Positions 11,526-27,029 of a DNA stretch of 64,000 nucleotides are shown here, piece after piece (the stretch's first letter is position 1; each line of letters starts with the position of its first letter). A program made the translations under genes and the position numbers. Location: positions 4,840,123 through 4,904,122 of the forward strand of contig NW_002060944.1 in NCBI RefSeq assembly GCF_000150275.1. Reading direction: 5' to 3'. The DNA comes from Trichoplax adhaerens. Its lineage: Eukaryota > Animalia > Placozoa. The notes beneath the pieces are model-generated. The model saw only the letters and a program-made list of their open reading frames with translations. It did no database searches and was not told the DNA's origin.

Positions 11526-14028
11526 AAGTAAAGAATGCTTTAAGTAAATATAGGGTGGGATGTTATTGAATGAAAACAGCAATTAAAGCTGAAAAATCAT
11601 GGATTAACTTAGGCTTGATGCTTTATCATAGCATAATAAAACGAAAATCGAACTCAAATCTCCTTGTCGATTTGTAATAATTTGAAACTATCGTGACTGT
11701 AAATACGGGAAATGTTGAATCTTGATAAAATTATTGACTTATTAGACGGTATAAATATTTCTCGAAATAGGAACTAAGATTATCAAATTAGTTACGACTA
11801 GCGTCCATTTCCTTAAAGGTTCATGATAGTATCTAAGAATTAAATTTCCATAACGTTAAATTGATGGTTTTTAAAATATAAGAATTTTGCTACAGACTCA
11901 TTCAAAAATTACCAAAACCAAATATAAGTCTTATTATCCAAATAGTATCAAATTTTCTGTTTTATGCAGTAAGAAATAAATGGATAGAATCCGATACTAT
12001 ATCTCGAATTAAGGCTTAATTTTGATTTATAGAGCAGTATTTATCAATTAAAATTTCTAATTTATATTATAGTAACAAATAGATAAATACTAATAAGACA
12101 TGTTGAATTAAAAAGCTTTATGTTAACTTCAAGAGATATAGTTTCTAACCAACACTTCTAATGTTACTCCTTAGTCAGAAACAAATAACACTCATGGATA
12201 CTGAAATCGCATCTTAAATGAAAAAATTTCCTTTCCGTTATATAAAAACATTTAGTAATGAAATATTTTAATCTTATTTTCTTATGTAAAGAATGATGGA
12301 TATCTACAAAATGGACTGTCTTAAAACATTTATTTCACTGCAGAGTATTGATTCAAAATTGAATAGAATTTTTGAACATATTTGCATTTAGACTTAAACA
12401 TTATGAAATTCTCAAATTAGGAATTACAGTAAAATTAATCAACTCAATTTTGTCTAATTTATAAATTAATCGGAACCAAGTCTATTTAATCAGCTTGAAA
12501 TAAAGGATTTAACCATCCCCTTATCCGAAACATGTTTATTTATCGTTAAAATTTCTAAATCTAATTGATGGAATGTCTGCCCCTTCTTTTTTGACATTAT
12601 TATTAATTTAGTAAGCTTTGCAGAAGGTGAAAGAGTTATGATAAAATTCAAGTGCTGTAAAAATAAGAAATCAAATTATATTGAATACTAAATAGCGGAA
12701 GTCTGTCATTATAAGAGTAGAATAATACAGCAAGAGAAAATAAAAGGTTTTTAGCTATAATCATTTCTTAACTACTAGTAATAGTAATTTACTTTAAACT
12801 GCCTTTCAATATAGAGGAAATTTAATTAAAATGGAAGTAGCAAGTATCACTAATCTATCCAAAATCATTGATTGAAAATTTTACTACTAATTGATGAGGC
12901 CAATAGAGCTACGTTACATCAATAGATACTATTTGAAACGACGTACACTATATTAAGCGAGGAAAAGCACTTAAGTTTTTATCAAATACCGCTTAGTGCA
13001 TATCGGTAGCCACGGCTAAGGAAACTTCAAACTAGATAATTTTGTAATAAAAGTGGCGTCTAAATTCTTCCATTCTCTAATATCAAGATTTCAGCCATAA
13101 AGTAGAAACCAGAGTTAAATGTTTCATAAGATGTTCTCGAAAGATTCGTAAAGTGAAATGAAATATTAAAATATTTCGCAGAACATGCCCTTCAAAGTCA
13201 ATTACACTTGATATTCTCGTAATACTTGTGCCATAGTGAATAACATTATTAGTATAGCCATAAAGCAAGATAGAAAGAAGAATAACTAATGAGCTAATTG
13301 GCATATAGAAGATGTGAATAGTTAATAAAATGGAATTTAATATTAACATCTAGATATGAAATCCAGATAAATTTCTATTGGTAAATCATCGACTGCTTTA
13401 GTATCTCTTACTACTATTACTAATACTATTACAACTGCCACGAAAATAAACATGGGAAATAAAGAAAAGTCAATGACCTAATTGGATTAAGCAGAAAGTA
13501 CAAAATATTCCTAATGCCCCGCAGATATACCTGAACATACTGTAATATTCGTTAATTGTTATAGTATCCCCGCTATGGCGACTAACGTCTTTACTGCTAC
13601 TAACTAGACTAAACAACGGACTCACAAAATTCATAAAAACAGAATGAAACCTAAAAAAGTTCCAGAAAATCATTAGCAATCCTACATCATAGCATACATT
13701 AGGGAAAACTTCGACATCTATGAAGTGCAGTGACAGCACCTACTCAGTCTAACAGGATTAATTTGAAAGCTTTCGAGCTGCTAAGTAAACCTATAAGCTT
13801 TTAGATAATTACTTGGCTTGATATCAATAGCATTCCGAAAACTCTTTTCTAGAGAATAGCTTATTTAGATAATTTAGTAGAGTTCATTCGGTCCGTAATC
13901 CTCTGCTATTATACTTCTGTGTGCTGATAATTTTGATATTCTTAAATGAAAACTGAAAATAAGAATTATTATACTATTTTTAATAAATAAAGAGACCAAG
14001 CTTAGATTAGAAATGGTTCCGGTTAAAA

Positions 14029-14464
14029 TGTTACTAAATTATTTGAGACTTGAACAACTCACGGTATTTAAGTGTAAGGTGCAATTACTTTGCAGAGCCT
14101 TGCGGCTCTAGTTGCTATACTAGGATATGTATACTGTACAGTGTAAGTCGCTATGTCAAGAATATTCACAAGGCACCATCGGCGTTGGCCGAGACTATAA
14201 AAAGCCGAGCACTAGCTTAGTTGCTCAGTTCCATTTAATCACTTACAGGATCTAAGAATAGTTTTACGATTTTCTTTAGTACATTTTATGACTAAGATTA
14301 ACGTAAATAAAGTGAAGTATTTAAACCTATTACTCATTAGTAGCTCATTTGTGTAGCTGAGAGTTAGTTCAACTACGATCGGTCCCTAAGTTAGTTGGGA
14401 ACACGAGTACTAGTGAAGATAGTGTTTAAGACCCGGTTTCTAGTTACAAAGGAGATTTGTAACA
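14029..14464 (+). mobile_element. Probable solo LTR (436 bp), no matching TSD
   Basis: TGTTAC...GTAACA inverted ends; TATAAAAA ~14196, AATAAA ~14306; terminal hairpin gttacaaa-ggaga-tttgtaac as in the other LTRs; flanks differ (TAAAA vs ATTTC). Confidence 0.6.
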
Positions 14465-17400
14465 ATTTCCCATCTCGTCTAATTGATCATCATATACAGC
14501 AAAGTATAGCCAAATTGTAGAAGTGAAGTATTTCACCAGACAATAACAGTCAGAAAATAAAATGGGTTATGCTTTGATATTAATTGTGCGAATAGATAGG
14601 TTAAAAGAAGAAGTAAGTGTCATCATCTTCCCATAGGGAAAGATCGAAATCTATTCACTAGAATATCTACCTTGAAAACAAAGATGTAAACAGTAACTAT
14701 TAAAAATGTTTACTATTCAATTTTTCCTCAACAATTTCGATATTTCTTCTAGATGGAAAAGATTAAACTTTATACTGCCCCTAGATTTTCATGTATAAGG
14801 ATTATAGGAAATTACATAATGCAAATTAATCATAAAAATTTGTTTCACAAACGCTAACGTATAAGTAAAATTTGATATCAAAACTTGTCTAAATGGGGCG
14901 ATTTAGCCACTGATTATAGTTATTAAAAATTATGATAAAAACGATGCGGATACTAATCTTTTCCATAAAAGAGTATTATTATTTCTGAATTATTTGAGCT
15001 TTGAATGGGAGAGATTGAGATCAGGGAGCTATGATTGCATGTGAATGCTAATTTTTTCTATAAAAAGCTATCATTACTTCTACCATATTTGGTGTTAAGA
15101 AGAGAGCTGGAATTAGAGAGTTCCAATTATTAAATATCCGAAATTACATATTCAAATAAAGGTTATATTCTCTTAATCATGGTTTTCCTTAATAAAACCT
15201 GCTAAATTATTGAACATCTGTATAAAACTTCCCTAGTATGAAAACAGATCAATAAAATGAGAGATGAGTAGTTCGAGTTTAGTCTGTTATTCCAGTATCT
15301 GATAAATGGAGTACTTGGGATAGTCCTGGAATGGTTATTTAATCAGTCTCGGTGTCTAAGCTGGTTAAACTAATTGCAGTATACAATTTTTGATAGCCAT
15401 TAAAGATATATATTTTTTTGAATTACTATAAAGCAGAGCATAAGAAGCAGCTTCTGATATAATAATCTAGAATGATCAAAATTAATACCGTCGTAGCTAA
15501 TGCGAATCATGAACAGAATAATGAATATGGGAGTAATTTTGGGACTAACATTAGATTGCAGATAAGCTATACAGACAATTTCACCTTCGTAATTTCATTT
15601 TTTTAATCAGCATTTTCATATTAAGTTACGCTAAAAATCTTTATGTGATTAATTTCCTACCATAACAATTATTAGTGAACGGATATGGAAACTATTCTAC
15701 TGCAATTTAATGAAGATTCCGGTTTGGAAGGGAATACATGAACTATAGCAAGATTGGATTCCAACTAGGCAAGCGGTATAGTTTCTAATGCTTGCCATAA
15801 TCTGTAAATTTTCAAGTCTTTGATAGCTTTAGACGTTTTTTTTGCTATAATATTTTTACCTCATATAAACCTCACCCTATCTACAGTAAACCGGAAATTA
15901 ATGACAAAAGTAAAATTCTGATGAGAAAGATCAAGTCTCTATCGATGTCTTTGTTTAAAGATATCATAACCCGTAATCGATTTCACAATATATATTTGCT
16001 CGTGCTTTAAATTCAAGATGGCTACTTGAGTATTGTGAAATGCTAAGAACTATTACAAAAGTTTTATAATTCAAATTCAGTCCGTTTGATAGCTTTAATG
16101 TACATGACTATTCCTTGATCTCTGTATTGATGAAGAATAATATTGCGAGCAAATAGTGCTTGTAAATCTTAGAAATTCATGAAAAATTTCAGGCATTACT
16201 TTTTTTAATTTAAAGTATACGTTTTATGAAATATGATTCTATAGCTGCTGTCGGCTATAGTAATCAAAAGATCTTCAAGCAGTCTAGTCTGCACATGGTC
16301 TAGATAAGCTGTGACTAAAAAACTAACATAAACTTCCATTTCTAGCACATTTACCTTATATATTTGGAAATAAGCATAATAAGGTACAATATCGTTTTGA
16401 GGAAATAACACGGTATTAAATTCAGCACTTGAAATTTTTACTCATATAACTTATGCTCCGAATTTTACTCTTGAATTAGTTGGTCAGATCGACTAATTAA
16501 TATCTTACCTTATCGTAACTGATAGTAGTCTTTTCTGAACGTATAGTCTTAATAAGCTCTAACCCGCCAAAACTGTCACGAATTTCCTTCCCTATCAAAT
16601 TTGAAATAAAAATAGCAGAGTCATCACAGTTTCGATAGAACATAGTACATTTGAATTCTATTCTGATCTTTGCAAATTTTCTTATCTAACTTGTAATTTT
16701 ACCACTGAATTAGTCAGATCAACATATTATTAACTTATCCTATCTTGTGTGCGAGCAAATAAAAATATACCAATCGATAGCTTTAAAGATTGATTTAATA
16801 TTATAGACATAATACAATCATAAAGGTATGTATTTTGGCAAATTTAATAATCGACATTTTGGCGTAGTTAGATATGGTATGATAAATGTGATACATACTC
16901 GTAAATTGCCAACTGTCATATTTTTTCCATAATGATCTAGAGACAATGTTCTAGAAACTATTTATCTACGTGACACAACCGTATATAAGATTTATTTGGA
17001 TTAACAAATGACGCCATCATTTCTACGTTATGACAAATTTAAATACATTTTCTTTTTAAATAATTTAAGACATAACATTGAATCTGGCATAAAGAATGAC
17101 TCCTGAAATTAGAATTTTATATCAGTGTGGGATCACTCACATTGTTTAGCGTGTGCTGATATATCTCATTATTACGGTGTTAAAGATTACCTTAAAGTAT
17201 AAATACGTTATTTTGATCGTTAAAAAGTTGATAGCTTGTCGCTGGGGTTATAGATTGTAAAACTAATTCATTTTCCATTAAGGGTAAGTGAATGAGTTAG
17301 ATATCTCATTTACAAGAGAGCTCAAAGGTCAAATCGTGTCTTGATCATAACTGTCTCGTGTTCTATGCGTGCTCTAACGCATTTTAAAGTAGAGCATAAA

Positions 17401-19639
17401 GTTATATAAATTTTGGTCTAACAGGCGACAGCAATATCGTTTACTAGTATAGATTTCATGTATAATGCTATGGATACTGGCAAATATACATAGAAGGTAT
17501 AAAAGCAATGTAAGAAGGTCGCTATTTTGCCATTTGATTGTTTACGAGAAAGGAAAAGGTCGACATCGCTTCTGCAGTGAAACTTTAGGAAAAAATTTAG
17601 TTATCACGGAGAAATATTATTGATATATAGTTTGAGATTGGTGAATGCTATTCATTAATTATTAGATGATGACATAAATCATTAAAATTGGGAGCCAGAC
17701 ATACTCTGGGAAGAATTGCAATGTACGTTTTGAAACATAGTGAGAATATAAGAACTGATGATTATGGTATGAACAGAAATAAAATGACTCTTGTCTGGAT
17801 AACTTCTATGTAAATCAATGTATAATGAAACCTTTTACTTTTTTATATTACTGTGAATTGTAAATTACCGTAGTATGAAAATATTATAATAACAGAAAAT
17901 TAATAACTCAGTAAATTTATAATATAGGTAAAATACATATTATCGATATGATATTTACAAACCTTCATTTGCAACTCAGTGCGCGAATATTAGTTCGTAA
18001 AACTAAATCTAGGCACTGCTCGTTGAATAGCAATTAGCTGATCATACCGCAATCTCTCAAGATTATAAAATAGGCTACGGACTATCATAACAAATGTCGC
18101 CATAAAAAATGATTTGTAAATTGATAACTCAGTAAATTTCTATCAGGTATAAAATTTAGTACGTACGGTATTTATATCTATTAGAATATAATGTACATAA
18201 GTCAATTAGCTAAACCAAATTTATACTCTATACGTTGAGCTATCCGTACAATACACACGCCTTACTCTAGAGGTTATCATATAAATGAATTGTGGACTAT
18301 CTAATCAATATTGCAAAGTTGAAAATTTAAAAGGAAATTAAACGAGTTTCATTACAGATTTCATGAAATTATAGCCTAAAACATCAACATCTATTGCTAA
18401 TAAATACTGTTACTTGAATTAGCCATGAATTACATATCCTTTAACCCTCAAAAGTGAAAAATATATTACGGATTATTACATTAATCTATCAAAAAACCCT
18501 AACCCACTGTATAAACGAAATGCTAAGTAATCATTCGTTACTTCTAATATTAGTATAAATTAGAGCCCTTTAATCCGGTTTGTTCTCAATTTTACCAGCC
18601 AAATAATATTGCATAATTGTCACATATGCTCGTATACTTATTGTGTTTGCTAACAAGATGATTCATGTTGTTTTGCTTGCATAAATGAAGAAGTAGAAAA
18701 AGGAATATACCACAGCGGCGAATAGATTTTACTTTAATAAATTAACTTAACTAAGTATCAATGCTCTGATTACAAAGCAGAGAAAATTATCCTGATGATT
18801 AAAAATTATCGGCGATCATCAGCAATTGCAGGTTACTACGTCAAATAATAATATATTAATAGCCGTGAGCTCCCCGCCAAAATAATCAATAATTTATCAA
18901 TTTCTGAATTGAATATAAAATTGTTAACAATTGTAAGATTTTTCATAAATTGATCACCAGTTAATTATATTTACGTCAAATATTAAATTATTAACATTAC
19001 AAGATTTTCCAAGGATTTTACCATGTTTATGCCTTATATTTTTGTTGAGTATTCATTAATTTTTTAACGCATCGTTATCTATTCATTTATAAAAAAATTT
19101 TACTTTTGTATTTACTATTGATGCAAAGCATATCATAGCTTGTAAAACTTCTGTTAATATCTAAATGCTTTCACCTTGATTTTCTTTTCTGTTCCGAAAG
19201 ATTCTATAATGATTTAAAAATTAGCTAGACTACCTCAATATCAATCAATAAGAAAAATTACTGCCGATTACTAAATTCTGATATAGTCATACAAAACTCC
19301 TAGATTACTGGCATTCTAAGCGCTTGAAAATGTATATTATCATTGCTATACGAGAACAGTAATATCTTACTAGGTAAATGATTTATCCACGTAGATACTA
19401 AAATGAAATTAACATTTAAAATCCATCTTGTGGATAGATCCAGCGTTAATCTAGAAAAGTATGATTAAAGCATATCAGACTAAGCTGATTTATACAGCAA
19501 ATAATTAGATATTTTCCTTAGTAATTTATTACAAGTAGCCAAAGTAATTTTCTCTATGTCTCCTAATAATCTATAGAAAATGCAGTTTAGAAAATTAATC
19601 ATAAGAAGATGCATTTAATCAATTCTTTTTTCCGTCCAT

Positions 19640-20640
19640 AATATGTATATCAATTCAACAGATATCCAAATGCATTTACTTCCTTAACCGAGAAGGATAA
19701 TAGAACAGGGTCGTAATTTTCTCAGTTTACTTAGAAATAATCTACTACTCACTATCCACATCTAAGCAAAACTTTATTCACTTCCCAGATCTAGTTATAA
19801 TTGTCTTCTTGGCATGACAATAGAATATACGGAACTTCTTGTAGTCTTGCCTGTCGTCTACTTTTCTATCAGTATAGAACGAAAATAATCAAATGAAAGA
19901 ACAGACTATCCGCTTATTTACATTCAAGTACCGTATAGACTTATTTACTTTTGCTGAATCTATCCGAAGTAGCTAAAAATATCTTATTATAACAGTAAAA
20001 TATATACTGTACATTTCCGTATACCCTAGTCTATTATCTATTTAGTAGTATGTATAGATCGGAAGTAAACTAACAATAATAAAAAAGATAACTATGCCAT
20101 CATTCTTTCTATTAAGATAACTATTCCAGCTGGGGATTGGAAAAATAAAGTATAAGCTATATATTTATATACAGCTCCATCCAAAAAGAAAGCATGGTAG
20201 GAATTTCCCATTGCTAATTAACTTTCCATACCAATCTTCTTCCTTTCATATTCCTTCGATAGCTCCGCTTTGTAATGGAAAACATCATAACAAGGAATGC
20301 TAAATCCAGATAAATGATTTTGAATGATTCTACTAATTTAGTATTGCCATTATCCCTAGCTTTATTCAGCAGTGTGCCTCTTATACACAGCTTTCATTTC
20401 TGTTACTTCCATGTTTAAAGATTTTACATTCCAAATGATCATACTGTTTTTGCATAAGTAATCTATATGAACTTTTAGATTAATTTTCTTCAGTCTATAT
20501 TGCAGTACGAAATAATTTTTATGAGTAAAATCGACTGGAAATGATAAAGATATTGGTTATCTTCTTGCAATAGCCAACAAATCAATGCATACCCAAGGTA
20601 GATAGCTATCCATAGAAAATTTCTCAATTTTTTTTGCTAT
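19640..20640 (-). pseudogene. Decayed gene with repeated TIR_2-like beta-alpha-beta segments (tentative)
   Basis: Minus-strand fragments LGYALICWLLQEDN (~20598-20556), NHLSGFSIPCYDVFHY (~20330-20275) and PYILLSCQEDNYN*IWEVNKVLLRCG**VVD (~19832-19740), broken by stops and frameshifts. Confidence 0.3.
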
Positions 20641-23600
20641 TTCATGAAGTATTTTGACATCACTGCTTTATATGGAGTCTATAGATCATTTTTAATGGTG
20701 ATCAAACGGCTAAAATATAATCATTTATCAATACAAATCACTTATATTCAATACTCATCTAGATGCTAATCTCTACCTCCCAGATAACTTTTAGTAACAT
20801 CCCGTAAACAAACCATTAAATTATTAAAATTTGACTCGAAACAATCAGCTTTAAATGTCCTATTGCTGCTTTTATAACAGCTAATATGTTTAGTACTGTC
20901 TTTGTCTTCAAAATGGGACTTTTTACAACGGTAGACAACGATTTACATCCTTGATCAATGTTCTAATACACAATCTGCACATATTGAAATATTTTCTTAT
21001 AATAGGTCTAACAAGCGGCTATCCAAATGAAGATACAATAATATTTTATTAATTTTACCAGAGGTTAAAATAGATTGTATATCGTAAGAAATGTCAAACT
21101 AATAGATTTGTTTCCAATCATTGATGGAGAACGCTACACAATCGTTATATGAAATATAATGATCTCAGCTACTTGCTATACAGTAATAGCAGGAGACTAT
21201 TACGCGGTCATTACAAGAAGCAATATCTATTTAATAATTTAAAGTGTAAAAGTTTTGACTAAAAATAACATCCCCCCAAGTGAGTCCTCCACATACTAAC
21301 GTGGTTAGAGCAAATTTTGTGCTTAAATAGCTCTACTGGACTATCGATCATTGTCATAAATTACGCTTCTAAGAATTTCATAAGTTACAATTTGGTTTTG
21401 AAGCAAAATGAAATGAAACAAAATTTCGAAAAATTGGCGGCTTGACTATCTTAAAGTCTTCGCTTTTGGTTAAGCGACACGTTGGGCAACTAGTTTGATT
21501 TTAAATAAATGATAATGAATTTTCCCTATCAACTTGAGTGAGTAGCTGCAAAGTTTTGTTATTAATTGGCTGTAAAGACCATTTTAAAGCAAAGTAGGAA
21601 TATAAGATCAAATTTTCTCATTTTTATATAAACAGTTACTAATTTTCACCACAAACTCATTTTTAAATACTGTTTTAAACCATAGTCAGACAAAAGTATT
21701 ATGTTTCAATACGGTAGCAGATAATTTAAATATCTTGACTTATATTTTTGACTGCATTCAATAGGAAATAAATAGCTTGGTATTATGTAAAACAGATGCA
21801 AAATTCCATCATGACTGCCTTTTGAAATTAAAGCCATGCTAGGTATAAGTATGTTAACAGCAATTATCTGAGTTTGAGCAATTTGCTTTAAAGGATGTTT
21901 GAAAGCAATTTAGGAACGGCATAATTTAACAATCAGCGATTTAAATGTGATATTGTTATATCATCTGCTCCTTTTGACTATATACATTATTATATATGCA
22001 CGGAGCGATAATATTATGTAATCAGTTACAATTTTTTATCACAACTAGTATCACTAAATTAGAGCTATAGTCGGCTTAGGTAGGAAATTAATCGAGCTCT
22101 ATCGACATAATTGAAATAATTTCAGAGCGTAATCGAATAAGTAATTTAAAAAGTGGATGGTTGTAATATTTTCTCCATAGCTATTTGCATAAGTCAACTG
22201 ATTTTGTGTCAATAGCTTATAAATTTCATCAGGACTAATGTCTATTATCAAGACAGATAGTAAACATAAACAGAAAATTTCCAATTCACTGCGGCCATCA
22301 TCATATTGATATTTCTATTTAAACTAGAACTACTAAATAAATTCTTTTTGCTTATTGATTACCTGATACTCTTACAGAAATACCGATAATGTAATGCCAA
22401 GATTGTAACCGCTTACAATTTTTTTCAGGAAATACAATCAACCTATCAAGCATTGGGTTAAAATATATCCTGGCTATTGCTCATCTTGACAATAACATCT
22501 TACCTATAAGACTTGAAGCTTTCTTAAATAACTATATCTATTCTGCAGGCTCTTCATTCGACTATAAAGCAAAATAACCACCATGAATAAATGGCTGAAA
22601 AGATGCAAAGCAATAGCTGAAAGTGGTATTGGGCAAGGAAGTATTAAGTTGTTAAGCCGTTCTTTTCGATAATCTGATCAATCCAACTTGCGTCGCCGAT
22701 CCACTTATTGATACTTTAGCCTTTATTGATACGTTCTTAATTGAGTTATAAATTTTCAACTTGGTTTTCAATCTTTTTATTACTCATAACTATCCATATT
22801 CTAATCCGCCCACTTTAAAGAACATTTAACGATACCATGACAACATACTATATCACGAAAAAATGTTTTGTCCAGTATCGAACTTATCTTCTAGACATAT
22901 CAATGGCCATGTCTTTATTGATTAGTTTCAAAATCGATTGTTTCTAATTGACCTCTCTGGCATCGTATCTAAAGCGAAAAATAATTAAATTCAACATTGG
23001 CTGGCAAATAAAGTAGAATAGACAAAAGCAGAACTTTTAAATAGAACAACTTTGTGTTCAAAATTGGTTAGACTCTTAAAGCCTTATCAAGTTATCATTC
23101 TTATACAATCTGATAGTAGTTATTTACCTGAATGGCAATATAGTTAATATTTTCTAGCCTGAAATAATTACCTCTTCTATCGACATCGTAGATTATATTA
23201 TCGAAATAAATATGGAATTGAATGAATTTACAGATTAATTTGAAATAGATCTAGTCCATATCAATCAGATCAAAATTGATGGTAAATAAAGTCATAGCTA
23301 ATAAAATATTCAATCTATTTAAAAATCCCTATTCTTCTATAGTAAACCGGATAATGTTTATTATGACTCATGTATAACGAATATCACCTATTTTTATAAA
23401 GCTGATATGATTTGGTTTAATTCTAGAAAATCTTTCTTTTACTAAAAATGGAACAAACAGTCTGTCTCGCGTAAAAATTATGGACAGTGTTAAAATTTTC
23501 CACAGTATTTTGTTTTTAAAATCAAATATTATAGTTACAATTATTTGGTTTGATGATAAAATATATTAATAATCCTAAAAGATCTTGTTGTTTGCAGTCA

Positions 23601-26264
23601 TTTTCTCTTCCCTTACATATAACACATCAGTACCTATTTGCGGCAATCACAATTGATTATTTACAATTCTTCATTATTATATACTGTATAATGTATAGCA
23701 GATTGATTGATCAATTACTAACTGCTTTAATTCAAACAACTATTTTTTAAATTTCTACAGCAAATACATTTAAGACTCGTATTATTTATTGAAATAATCC
23801 TGATTTTGTGATAAGATTTCTACGAATAGATTATATGATCAATTTCCAATCTGTGCTACACTTTCGTTGTCTATTTCAGTATTGGTTAAAGATTGTTCTA
23901 CGCCAACTTCATTATTTTGCTGTCTATATGAATAAAGGAGAGCTTCAAATAAAATGTGATTATTACAGATACGTACATTCAATGGACTGATTAGTAAATC
24001 TCAACTTTTTCATGAAAAATAATACGCGGTATTTTATACTATGGCTAGAGCTTGCAGTTTTATTTTTTGACCATGTCTAAAATATGAAATTTAATTGAAA
24101 TTTTCCTTTGCATATATAGTTGTCCAAATTATTAAAATATGGAAAGGTCTTATGATTAGCTAATAAAGATTTGATACTTTAGGATGGAAACCGCTTAAAA
24201 ATCTATATGATCATAACAAAACAGTAGAAATATAAAATTGAAATGGTATTACTACATCTAGTCATTCATTCTTAATAAAATATTAAGATATTTTACAATT
24301 AGTTCAGAAAGAATATCAAATTAAAGAAATTTAGAGCTTATAAACTTTTCTTATTATTACATAAAAGTAGAAATATCGAATAGAAAATTAAATTTTACTC
24401 TAGATATTCAATTTTAAAGAAATATTAATAATTGTCATGAATGAATCACAGAGAATATCATATTATGGATTTTAAAATTTTTTCCTAAATATAATATGCT
24501 TCTATAGCAAGAAATATGAAGTAGGATAAAATTTTTATGAACAGATGTTAAATTTTAATTGCTTTACCGCTGCTTAAAGGAGATTATAATTTTGATGCTA
24601 ATAAGATGAATAAAATAATTCTAAAATTTAGCTAGAAAAATGAAATATTAACGGAGAAAAAATATTTATGGGCGGTTGTTTATTTTTAATGAAAGTATTA
24701 GCAACATTCCAATAATAATTAATGATTAAAGTTATACTGCATCATTGCAAAGACTTATAAGCTGCCGTCGTTATATCATAAAAATATCATAAGAATAAAC
24801 TTCTTATTATCTCATATATTTAAGTACTTGAAGTTTCTAGCTCGAATAACAAATCTATGAAACTGAATAGAATTTTTGCACGACGTAGTTCATATTTAAT
24901 GATGTACTTAGAAAAATTTCATTAAAGGATAACTGAAATAAGCATCTCTAACACTAACTGCCATTGCACGTACTCGTATATTAACTCAAATTTTAATATT
25001 GGTATATAGAGAGAAGTGGATGAAACAGAAATAAAAATACAATAGTTTTGTGTATTGTTATTCAATCTTTGATGGAATTGCAAGACAACTTCTCTTACTC
25101 ATTGACTAAGAATCTCACACAACATGCAGCTTATAAAATTTTTATAAATTGAAGCTAAGTCCAAGCAAGAGAAGAAAGAGAAAGCATATCTATCAGAAAA
25201 ATTTCTTAAATACAGTCCTTTACTCCTAGAGAATCGTAATAAAAATCAATAAGATTAGTAATGAGCTATGTCACTCTAAATCTGCTAAAGTATTCGTTAT
25301 TACTACACATAAGTAGCCGTGAAGAGCATAAAATATGCTCTTTTCTTCTGTAATGACCGAGTAATAGTCTTTTACTATTACTATAATAGCTTACTCGATA
25401 GACAGTATTATATTTCTGTAAGAATAATGTTTCCTTAAATAAATTCAAGGCAATGATTTTTATTAAATTATATCCAAAATTAGCCATGATTACCTAGAAT
25501 TAATCTTGTAAATATCATTCTTACCCATCAAGATTTGTTATCGCAAAACGGTATTGATCTAATTGGACTACTACAATCTATTCTGTTCGAGATATGACCT
25601 TTATGCTTTTGATTAATCCATGGCTATGTATTAGTTCATAGAGCGATTTCAAACTTATTAAATCACCGTTATGAAAGCAATTGTCTAGCAACGTGAAAGA
25701 AAGTCACGTATAATACAGGAAGCCTTTTAAGCGTATTAGGGAAGGGAGATACAATAATACTACCTCCAATGACTCGGTGGTAATTAGTTATATTGCAATC
25801 CATAAAAGCCATGATCTTTACTTTTGTAGGCACAATCATTCGATTTAGGAATACAATTACTTGCGAGTGATTATATGATCGAATAGAAGCCGCTTTGCCG
25901 AATGAATGTGGTATCCTTTCACTTCTGGCTGACATTTTTAACCTTTGGGTTAATTTAAGACTATCTAGTTATTCACTAAATCATAGTTTATCAAATACCG
26001 TTCTACCGCATTTATATTGGCAATTTTCTAGAATTTATTGGTATTATATATGATACGGAGTCAAACAGGTAATAGAAAATGATCGAAAAGAATGAAAACA
26101 AAGTACAGATGATCTTTATAGAAAATATTAAACGAGAACATTTTAAGTAATGATATATCTAACAGTGTGAAAAAGATGGATACCGAAATTAGGAACTTTC
26201 ATGAAGCAGTTTATAATGTGGAAACACTGAACAGCTAGGCTAAATTGTTTATCTTGATCGTTAA

Positions 26265-26378
26265 CTATAAAATAATCACTACCGTATTTCTTACTGTAAG
26301 TCATTATTAGTTATCTCCATATATATGTTAATCACTAAATTTAGTCATTTACTCTTCACGGTGGTTCGTACCGTGACA
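26265..26378 (-). mobile_element. Truncated 5' fragment of the 3831-type LTR
   Basis: Reverse complement tgtcacggtacgaaccaccgtgaagagtaaatgactaaatttagtg...gtagtgattatttt matches the first ~110 bp of 3831-4412. Confidence 0.85.
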
Positions 26379-27029
26379 ATGCAATAAACATGCCAAGACA
26401 TAAGATTATGATTGATGAAACCATATCCGCAGCCTTACATTAGTATGGATGCAGCTTTTATCATTCATGATAGGTTTAACTACACCTAGCAAAAATTTTG
26501 CATCTAACAATTGAAATTAGGTTACTTGCTTCACGATCAAGTGCTCAAGTCTAAATAAAATATCATTTAATCATATTATTACCATTCAAATTTATCGCTT
26601 CAGCACACATTTTTTTATCAGTCTATTAACAAAAGAAATAGGTCAAGACGTTTTCGTTAAAATGCCTAGATTGTCTAGCTCAATTGACTATAAACCAAGA
26701 CAAGTTTAAAATATTTTTTACGTGCGGTGTCTACTTTGTTTGACATCCATGTTATCGGAAACTAGTCTGTAAGCTATCTAGACTTTGGCTAAGCTGATAA
26801 ATGATCAGAATTAAAAACACCTTGTACTTTTATTCATCTACTTTATGGAAGTAAACAGATTTACCTATCTTTATTAGCGATAAAAAATCATAACTATTGT
26901 ATTTTACTACCTATATTTCATAAATTATTAGTTAAAAATAAAAATGATAGAATAACATATAATACAATGTTTCAATGCCTATTCGACATAAAACCGCTAC
27001 AAATTGAATTGGATTGATTATAAGGCTGC

